IMG/VR virus record: IMGVR_UViG_3300037264_001145
Coordinates: 32,001 to 96,000 of that record
Direction: 5' to 3' (one strand)
DNA: 64,000 nucleotides
DNA from: a virus
Positions within the stretch are counted from its first letter, which is position 1; the number at the start of each line of letters is the position of its first letter. The notes beneath the pieces are model-generated. The model saw only the letters and a list, made by a program, of their open reading frames with translations. It was not told the origin of the DNA and ran no database searches. A program made the translations under genes and the position numbers. Positions 47,145-54,018 of the stretch are shown piece after piece.

Positions 47145-47959
47145 ACTAAAACTTTTTCATTTAAACTATTATACAATTCTATTAGTTTGTTATTTGCACA
47201 ATCTTCTGGACTGAAATGCATCAACTTCTTGTCTGCAAAATTTTTGTCTATTCTATGTCCTACGAAATCTGACAATGTTTGAACACCAATCCCATTTGCT
47301 AAATTTCCACAATTAACAAAAAACATATCTAGGTTTGAATAGTGGTGCAAGATGTATGTATATGTATTAAACCATAATTTTTCGAGGAAATCTTTATTTG
47401 CAACAGTTGCTTGTAAATATTCCGCATTTTTAATTATGTGAGATATGCTTTGCAGAAATTCTGACGGATGCCTAAAGACACAAATAAATTTACAGTTTTG
47501 TAAATAAGGAAGCCAAACAGGTAGGGTATATGAGAATCGCGGGTCTTTGAATAGAAATGGTTGTACGGAAATTAGTTTGAGTATTCTTTCTTGCACGCTT
47601 GCATTTACATACGCGGGATCAATGTTTTTATGACGAGGATTGCGGCGAGAATCTTTGTCAAATAGAAAGCATTCATTAAGTTTTTTAGATTCTGTAATCA
47701 CTGTGTCGGTCTCTAAAGTAGCAAGCCATCCTTGTGGTGAGTTTACTTTTGTTCTTATCACATCTACTTTTGGACACGACCATAGAATATCGTCATTCAA
47801 GCCATTTACTAATGGTGTTTCAAAATATCCTTTTTCATTAAATTTATCTGCGAGGTTCCCTGCCCCCCCGATGTTATAGCTTTGTCCAGAAGTAATTGCT
47901 CCGGCCACAAGGCTAGTTCCACTTCTTCCGCATCCAAGAATTATTATATTCTTAGCCAT
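47141..47959 (-). CDS. Sulfotransferase-family protein
   Basis: PAPS-binding IILGCGRSGTSLV, GYFE, FKDPR, CVFRHP. Confidence 0.8.
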   Translation of the reverse strand: MAKNIIILGCGRSGTSLVAGAITSGQSYNIGGAGNLADKFNEKGYFETPLVNGLNDDILWSCPKVDVIRTKVNSPQGWLATLETDTVITESKKLNECFLFDKDSRRNPRHKNIDPAYVNASVQERILKLISVQPFLFKDPRFSYTLPVWLPYLQNCKFICVFRHPSEFLQSISHIIKNAEYLQATVANKDFLEKLWFNTYTYILHHYSNLDMFFVNCGNLANGIGVQTLSDFVGHRIDKNFADKKLMHFSPEDCANNKLIELYNSLNEKVLV

Positions 47960-48143
47960 TATTTTCTCGTTCTTGGATTTCGTGTTCCATACTAGCTACT
48001 TGCCATCCAATTCTCCAGTCCATGTAATCGTTTTCTTCTACCCCTTTGTCGTATGGATTGACAATTAAACCGTCACTGTTGGTAAAAGCGTCTTTGCCTA
48101 ATCTGAAAGCTTTTTCGTTGAATAAATTTGGCGAATTAACCAT
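47952..48143 (-). CDS. Small protein with a ribosome-modulation-factor-like motif
   Basis: AFRLGKDAF...NPY...W.IGW; start moved to the ATG overlapping the upstream stop. Confidence 0.4.
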   Translation of the reverse strand: MVNSPNLFNEKAFRLGKDAFTNSDGLIVNPYDKGVEENDYMDWRIGWQVASMEHEIQERENNG

Positions 48144-48969
48144 TTTTCTTTTCCCATTCATCATAAAGGTAGTTGGGATCTCCTTCTCCCCATTCGACCC
48201 CTTCGTTTCTTACTATACCTTCTCCACGTTTTTTATTATACAAAATTGTATTATTTCTAAATCTTTTTTTATCTTCCGTATCGGTGTAAACTTGAGGCTT
48301 TGGGTGCCAGAGATGAATTGGACGACAATTTTGATCAAAATATTGTGCTAATCCTGATTTCATTAATCTGTTGTGCATATCAGCATCAACATACCCATAT
48401 GTTTTGAAATCTTCGTCATAACCACCAAGTTTCCTAAAAGCTTCCATTGGGGCACAGTGACCAAAATGCCAGCATACGTAGCTTCTTTCGTCTATTTGGT
48501 GTTCATGAGTTCTTTTTTGCAATTCTTCTGCGTTAATTTTACCACTAAAATATAAGTCCGTATCCTTTTTTTCACAAGAGTACGAGAGTCCGCCGCAACG
48601 ATATAAAACTTCAGGATGATCAAAACATCCTTTTATGAAATCTCCAGTATAAAAAAGCTCTGGATCTTTTTGGGCAAGCATTTTTGATTGTCCGTATTTG
48701 ATTACAATATTTCTCATAAAAGCGTCTCCGCGCTCCCACGGTGGAGATCTATCGAAAGTAAAATAATGTAGATTTTTTGCTTCTAGGTCTGAAAAATCTT
48801 CATGAATACTATCGTTAGCTACAAGGATCATCCATTTATCTGATGGAACAACAGTTTTTATGAGTGAGTCTAATACTCTTCTAATGTAATTTCCACGGCC
48901 AAAATTTGGTACGAGCAAGATTAAATCTCTATTTGTTATAGACCAATCAAAAGTTTTGTGTGTAATCAC
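48136..48969 (-). CDS. GT-A (GT2/GT7C-like) glycosyltransferase, paralogue
   Basis: LVPNFGR, VAND, KDPE, GGYDEDFKTYGYVDADMHNRL, IHLWH. Confidence 0.85.
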   Translation of the reverse strand: MITHKTFDWSITNRDLILLVPNFGRGNYIRRVLDSLIKTVVPSDKWMILVANDSIHEDFSDLEAKNLHYFTFDRSPPWERGDAFMRNIVIKYGQSKMLAQKDPELFYTGDFIKGCFDHPEVLYRCGGLSYSCEKKDTDLYFSGKINAEELQKRTHEHQIDERSYVCWHFGHCAPMEAFRKLGGYDEDFKTYGYVDADMHNRLMKSGLAQYFDQNCRPIHLWHPKPQVYTDTEDKKRFRNNTILYNKKRGEGIVRNEGVEWGEGDPNYLYDEWEKKNG

Positions 48970-48970
48970 T

Positions 48971-49738
48971 TTATCCTTCCCCCCAATTAATCTTAAGATT
49001 TCTTACAACGTTTTCGTCTCTTTTTTGAGAATATACGTCTTTCATTCCTTGATGGTTAGTGTTTATAGGTCCATGCCACAAATGAATTGGACTACAACTT
49101 TCGTCATAGAATGGTTTTAGTCCACATTTAAGCAATCTGTCATACATATCATGATCTTCTGGTCCATATGATTTAAAATCTTCATCGTAGCCATTAATTC
49201 TTCTAAAATAATCTATTGGTACGCAATGACCATAATGCCAATAAGTATATGTATTTTTCGGTATTGTAAATTTTATAGATGCCCGGATCAATTCTGCTTC
49301 GTCTATGAACCCGTTAAAAAAACTATGTTTTTGATATTGTTTGGTTACGTATGCCAATCCCCCACATCTGTATAAAACATCTTGGTGATCTAAACAACCT
49401 TTTATAAAATCTCCTGTAAATAAAATTTCAGGATCTTTTTGTGCAAATAGCTTACATTGACAACGTTTTATGGCTATGTTGCGAATAAAAGCACCGTTAC
49501 GTTCGATAAGAGGAGATCTTTCAAACGTAAAATAATGAACATTCTTCCATTGCAAATCTTCTAGTGGTTCGTGGAACCCATCATTGATAACCAAGACTAC
49601 CCACCTATCTCTTGGAACGGATGTTCTAACTAAATTATCTATAGTTCTTTGTATATAGTCCGCTCTTTGAAAGTTCGGTATAAATATAACTAAATCTTTT
49701 TTTGTTACATCCCAATCGAAATTCTTAAAGGTTGTCAT
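48971..49738 (-). CDS. GT-A (GT2/GT7C-like) glycosyltransferase, paralogue
   Basis: FIPNFQR, VINDG, KDPE, NGYDEDFKSYGPEDHDMYDRL, IHLWH. Confidence 0.85.
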   Translation of the reverse strand: MTTFKNFDWDVTKKDLVIFIPNFQRADYIQRTIDNLVRTSVPRDRWVVLVINDGFHEPLEDLQWKNVHYFTFERSPLIERNGAFIRNIAIKRCQCKLFAQKDPEILFTGDFIKGCLDHQDVLYRCGGLAYVTKQYQKHSFFNGFIDEAELIRASIKFTIPKNTYTYWHYGHCVPIDYFRRINGYDEDFKSYGPEDHDMYDRLLKCGLKPFYDESCSPIHLWHGPINTNHQGMKDVYSQKRDENVVRNLKINWGEG

Positions 49739-50712
49739 GTTTTTACCCCCTTAACAACTGTGTTTCCAAGAGGGCCGATATATTTTACTAGATTATGTTT
49801 TGTTAATAGTAGTTGTGCGTACTCATTTGCTCTTTCGGCCTTAACTTTTTCATAAAACTCATTTTTCCCGTCAAGTTTATCATACCCACCACCGCCACAT
49901 GGGTGAAAATGATCTACTGTAACCCTATCACAATGAGCAACTTTTATTTTCTTAAAAGCTCTCAAAAAGAATACGCTATGTTCAACTACTTTAAAATCAT
50001 CATCATATCCACCAAATGCTTGAATCGCTTCTTTTTTACCCATCCAAAAAGATAGAACTATATCGACCACTGGACAACCGAATTCAATTCCTTTATCTCT
50101 TCTCTCAAAGTGAGCTATTCCTCTCGCAAGTTCCGTTTCGTTAAGACACCCAAAGTAATTAGCAAATCCTGTTACATTTCCACCCACCAAGTCTATGTTT
50201 GAATTTTCTAATATATTTAACCATATTTCTAGTTGTGTGTGTGCTGTAAAAATAAAATCGTCGTCTAATGAAACAACATACGGGGTTGTAGCTGCGGCCA
50301 TTGCTCGGTTTTTCCCATAAGAAATTCCGCTGTTATACGGCAACTTAAGAAAAGTAACATTTGGTCTTGTATTTTTAGACGGCACTCTGCTATCGTCAGC
50401 AACAATAATTTTAATTCCTGGATAAAATTTGTCTATGCTTTTAAGGAGCCTCTCTAAACACTTAGGTCTTTCGAAGGCTTTGATCATTATTGTAACATTA
50501 TCAAGCGATCCTTTCATACCATCTCCTTTACAAAATTCTATCGGCGGAGAAATAACAATTTGTATTCCTTCTCGTATTACAGTAGCGGCTGGAAGCGTGG
50601 AAATTTGTTCCAAAACAGAGTCTACCGTAATCGGAACTGGAGTCAAAGCCGGAGCTAATCTTCTTTGTTTCTTTTCTTCTCCAGTTAGTTCGCGCCTTTG
50701 ATCATGCTTCAT
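49735..50712 (-). CDS. GT-A glycosyltransferase resembling the B4GALNT1/2 (GT12) catalytic domain
   Basis: VTIMIKAFERP..LERLL.SI.KFYP.I.IIVADDS...LPYNSG...G.N.A.....T.YVV.LDDDFIFT....LE......LVGG.V. Confidence 0.8.
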   Translation of the reverse strand: MKHDQRRELTGEEKKQRRLAPALTPVPITVDSVLEQISTLPAATVIREGIQIVISPPIEFCKGDGMKGSLDNVTIMIKAFERPKCLERLLKSIDKFYPGIKIIVADDSRVPSKNTRPNVTFLKLPYNSGISYGKNRAMAAATTPYVVSLDDDFIFTAHTQLEIWLNILENSNIDLVGGNVTGFANYFGCLNETELARGIAHFERRDKGIEFGCPVVDIVLSFWMGKKEAIQAFGGYDDDFKVVEHSVFFLRAFKKIKVAHCDRVTVDHFHPCGGGGYDKLDGKNEFYEKVKAERANEYAQLLLTKHNLVKYIGPLGNTVVKGVKT

Positions 50713-50713
50713 A

Positions 50714-51901
50714 TTATTTCCTTAAGAACAAGACCGCAGCCCTTTTTTCGTTACAATAATCGTCTTCTTTTCTCATAACAGAGGAGCATGACAAAAATGG
50801 GGTTAATCGGTGTGCTACGAATCCGCTATCTCTAAACCTTTTAGTAATATGATTTATGTCTGGAAGTTTAAGGCTCTGGTGAGTATCAATGTTACCAAAA
50901 AATACATCTGTTCTGGATTTGAGTGCGTTGGTTCCAATCTTAGTGTCTATTAAAACGGCCTCTTTGCTGGACGCAATAAGTTGGTCGATAAGGAAATCGT
51001 GTTCTTCTATATGATGAAAAATTCCCGCGCAAATTGTAAAATCGAACTTCCTTCCGTAGAAGGTATTTTGCCAAAAGGCAGGATCGAGAATATCACAATT
51101 GATAAATTCATACCTGTCTTCTGGCAAGAACTGATTTGAACTCCAATACAAGAGACCTTGAAGAATGTACTTGTTTCTTCCCTCTAGTGCAGTTAAACTT
51201 TTCGCACCGTATCCCGCATACTTAGAACTCCAATAAGATACGTTGGACCCAATATCTAATATACTCTTGTCTTTAAAATCATATTTATTTACTACTTGAT
51301 TAACTAGTAGATTTTCTCTATATGTATTTCTTGCAGATAATTCTTGTGGAGACCGGGGGGTGCCGACACCTGGGATAACCGTTTCCCCTCCTATTTTTAA
51401 TGGGTAATACCATGGATTAAGCATGTTAATAACATGATTTACATTTTGAACCCTTTTCTTTATTTCGCTAGAAGATACGCCTTTGTAGTAGGGTAGTGTG
51501 ACAATCCTTGTATAATGCGGAATGCTGGATTTAATACTTTCCCTAAGTTCGTCATCGTGAGACTCGCTTTCCACAACAACATCTGGTTTTATGTGTAATA
51601 TGTTTTTGACGGGAGAATATGTGTCTTGGCAAACTACTAAATCCACATATTTTATAGACTCTATTACCCTAACTCTTTCGTCCATCGACATGATTGGAGG
51701 ATTTTTTCTCTCCATTACCGCTTCGTCTGTCAAAACTCCGACAACCAAGATGTCGCCTAAAGCCTTGGCATTTTTTAGATGAAGCACATGTCCGTAGTGA
51801 ATTATATCTCCACAGACATAAGCATAAACTATTATCGGATCGGCTGATTTCTTATGCACGGTGGATTTCCACAGTGCCATCCCTTTACTGGCGTCTTCCA
51901 T
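50714..51901 (-). CDS. Fusion of a cytidylyltransferase (HxGH) and a class I methyltransferase
   Basis: N-terminal GDIIHYGH...VVGVLTDEA...KPDVVV; C-terminal SILDIGSN...ALEGR...FDFTICAGIFHH. The real start may be the Met near 51871. Confidence 0.85.
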   Translation of the reverse strand: MEDASKGMALWKSTVHKKSADPIIVYAYVCGDIIHYGHVLHLKNAKALGDILVVGVLTDEAVMERKNPPIMSMDERVRVIESIKYVDLVVCQDTYSPVKNILHIKPDVVVESESHDDELRESIKSSIPHYTRIVTLPYYKGVSSSEIKKRVQNVNHVINMLNPWYYPLKIGGETVIPGVGTPRSPQELSARNTYRENLLVNQVVNKYDFKDKSILDIGSNVSYWSSKYAGYGAKSLTALEGRNKYILQGLLYWSSNQFLPEDRYEFINCDILDPAFWQNTFYGRKFDFTICAGIFHHIEEHDFLIDQLIASSKEAVLIDTKIGTNALKSRTDVFFGNIDTHQSLKLPDINHITKRFRDSGFVAHRLTPFLSCSSVMRKEDDYCNEKRAAVLFLRK

Positions 51902-52446
51902 TCTCCGTACTGCTCCTTAAGATATTTTTCTATTTGTTTTACCACATTAACCTTCACACCCTTAAATTCCACTTCTTCAAATTCGTCGAAAACATCAGGA
52001 GAATAACAATAATACTTCTGCCCAGCATACCAAACTGAACACCATGTACAATTGACCCCTCTGTAATGAATAAACCATTCAATTTTAACCCTATTCCTGA
52101 TAAAAGAAATCTCCATACCGATGTTTCTATTACCAAGTACGTGAGCAAGTTGAAATCCTCTTGCCTTCATTTCATCTATAAGTTCCTGTTGTTTTAAATC
52201 GGTAAGATCAGAAATACTTGCTCCAAGATCAATATCGTCATCGTGGGCAATAAAATCTTTTTCTCTATAATAGCCAAGGCACGTACCGCAAGTAAGCCAT
52301 GTGAATAGACCAATTTTATTCGCTACTTCGTAAGCGTCTCTTAAATTATCGGTAGCATCTTTCACAACCTTTGGATCAGAACCAAACAATGGCGCTACCA
52401 TCCCGTTATCCATATCAAATTCCCCTTCCCCATTCACAACCACCAT
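51832..52446 (-). CDS. licD: LicD/fukutin-family phosphotransferase
   Basis: WLTCGTCLGYYRE..FIAHDDDIDLG...EKYL...YG.W..P. Confidence 0.85.
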   Translation of the reverse strand: MVVVNGEGEFDMDNGMVAPLFGSDPKVVKDATDNLRDAYEVANKIGLFTWLTCGTCLGYYREKDFIAHDDDIDLGASISDLTDLKQQELIDEMKARGFQLAHVLGNRNIGMEISFIRNRVKIEWFIHYRGVNCTWCSVWYAGQKYYCYSPDVFDEFEEVEFKGVKVNVVKQIEKYLKEQYGEWKTPVKGWHCGNPPCIRNQPIR

Positions 52447-53200
52447 TCGCTACCACGTCTAGTCTTTGCAAATCTTGTTTATATGTAGATTCATTGTCTA
52501 ATATTGTCTTATGAAATCGTCTCATTATAGGATGACCTATGTGATAAGTAGTTGTTTCTTTATCTATTAACACAGGCGCTCCTGATTTCTTTAGTCTTTC
52601 GAGCATTTGCCAATCCTCATACCCATAACCAGCTCTATACTTTTCATTATACCCGCCCATATCTTTTAATTTTTGTGTTCTTATACAACAACCAGCATGA
52701 AAAGCCTGATTTCTTTTATCGCTTGCTTCCCATTGTCTTAAAATTGGTAATTTGGTTAAATCAATAAATGGATTGTCAATTATTCTTTGTGTATCACACT
52801 CATTTAATTCAACCATTCCTCGCGGTCTGTAAACAACATCGTTAAGACCCAAGATCTTAGAAATCATATCTCCTTCTATAATAATTTCTGGATCTTTTGT
52901 AGCAAGCCATTCGCTTTGACACCGTTTTATTACAAAGTTTCTAATCATACACCCATTACGTTCATCAGCGGGATCTCTCTCGAACGTAAAATATCTTAGA
53001 TTAAAGTCCCGCTCTAAATCTTCCATTGGTTCATGCGGGCCATCGTTGACAATTAAAAACATCCATTTGTCTTCTGGAACAGAAGTCTTGAATCTCTTGA
53101 GGGTTGGGATTAAAAGATGTTTTCTTTTGAAATTGGGCACATAAAACACCAAATCCCTATTGGTACAAGACCAGTCAAAATCAGTTGCCGATTTGAACAT
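52415..53200 (-). CDS. GT-A (GT2/GT7C-like) glycosyltransferase, paralogue
   Basis: FDWS.T.RDL, VPNFKR, VNDG, KDPE, GGYNE.Y..GYGYEDWQM.ERL. Confidence 0.85.
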   Translation of the reverse strand: MFKSATDFDWSCTNRDLVFYVPNFKRKHLLIPTLKRFKTSVPEDKWMFLIVNDGPHEPMEDLERDFNLRYFTFERDPADERNGCMIRNFVIKRCQSEWLATKDPEIIIEGDMISKILGLNDVVYRPRGMVELNECDTQRIIDNPFIDLTKLPILRQWEASDKRNQAFHAGCCIRTQKLKDMGGYNEKYRAGYGYEDWQMLERLKKSGAPVLIDKETTTYHIGHPIMRRFHKTILDNESTYKQDLQRLDVVANGGCEWGRGI

Positions 53201-53552
53201 ACCTCGTCGTTTTCCTTACCTCTACCTTCCTTGTCAAGCTTTCTTTCTTTTCAAAGCAGCCGTCGCAGATAGCTCCTTGAATCCTATAATCCCTATGACT
53301 CATCATATCCTCTAATTGATCAAACTTGCTACCATAACCAAAATGTATTTCTATTGTTCCACCTTCTAAATTGGGTAACAAGCCTTCGTCGTCGTTCCCT
53401 GGTCCATTTGGATCGAACGGTATTTCTTTCTCGCAAACTATGCATCGCCATTCCCGCGAAGTAGTTGGTCTATTTCTACGCACAGGCTCGTCCTGATGAG
53501 GACAACAAACATTTGCTTCACACCCACAAGAATTGTATGTTTTTTTATCCAT
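53181..53552 (-). CDS. Cys-rich hypothetical protein
   Basis: CIVCEK and ICDGC pairs; coupled ORF. Confidence 0.55.
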   Translation of the reverse strand: MDKKTYNSCGCEANVCCPHQDEPVRRNRPTTSREWRCIVCEKEIPFDPNGPGNDDEGLLPNLEGGTIEIHFGYGSKFDQLEDMMSHRDYRIQGAICDGCFEKKESLTRKVEVRKTTRYVQIGN

Positions 53553-54018
53553 ATATTATATCCTCAAACCCTTCCGATAAATCTGGTTTCTCCAATTGTT
53601 TATTTAATTCACAAATTACACTGTCGGGAACTTTCTTTTCGTTTCTTCGAAAGTTGTGTTGCAAACAAGAACCCAAGCTTTTGTCAAAATATAAAGCTAT
53701 GATTTTAAATCCAAAAGCTTTACCAAATTCAATCCAATAAGTCCTACTTTCTTTATTTATAAGCCACGCACTCTCATCAAGTATTATACTAAGATTTGGA
53801 TTTTTGGATAAAGCAAAAATTATATGGCCGACAATTTGTTTTAAATAATCTTCTTTATCTTTATTATATTGTTCTTTGTAGAACGCTAGTCTGAAATCAT
53901 CTACCGAAATAACAACAATATTTTTTTCTCTTTCGGCTATTTTTCTTGACGCCGTTGTTTTACCAGATGCTGGCGGGGCTACGGTTAAATACAAGTACCT
54001 AGTCATCAACCTCAACAC
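53545..54018 (-). CDS. P-loop kinase (polynucleotide kinase/AAA_33-like)
   Basis: VAPPASGKTT Walker A, IS.DDFR, IILD, CL..N.RR...VP..VI. Confidence 0.8.
   Translation of the reverse strand: MLRLMTRYLYLTVAPPASGKTTASRKIAEREKNIVVISVDDFRLAFYKEQYNKDKEDYLKQIVGHIIFALSKNPNLSIILDESAWLINKESRTYWIEFGKAFGFKIIALYFDKSLGSCLQHNFRRNEKKVPDSVICELNKQLEKPDLSEGFEDIIYG

Noticed and set aside
42218-53200. Classical serotype-conversion (GtrABC/O-antigen) cassette
   Set aside because: No membrane flippase, bactoprenol transferase, Wzx/Wzy or multi-TM protein is evident.
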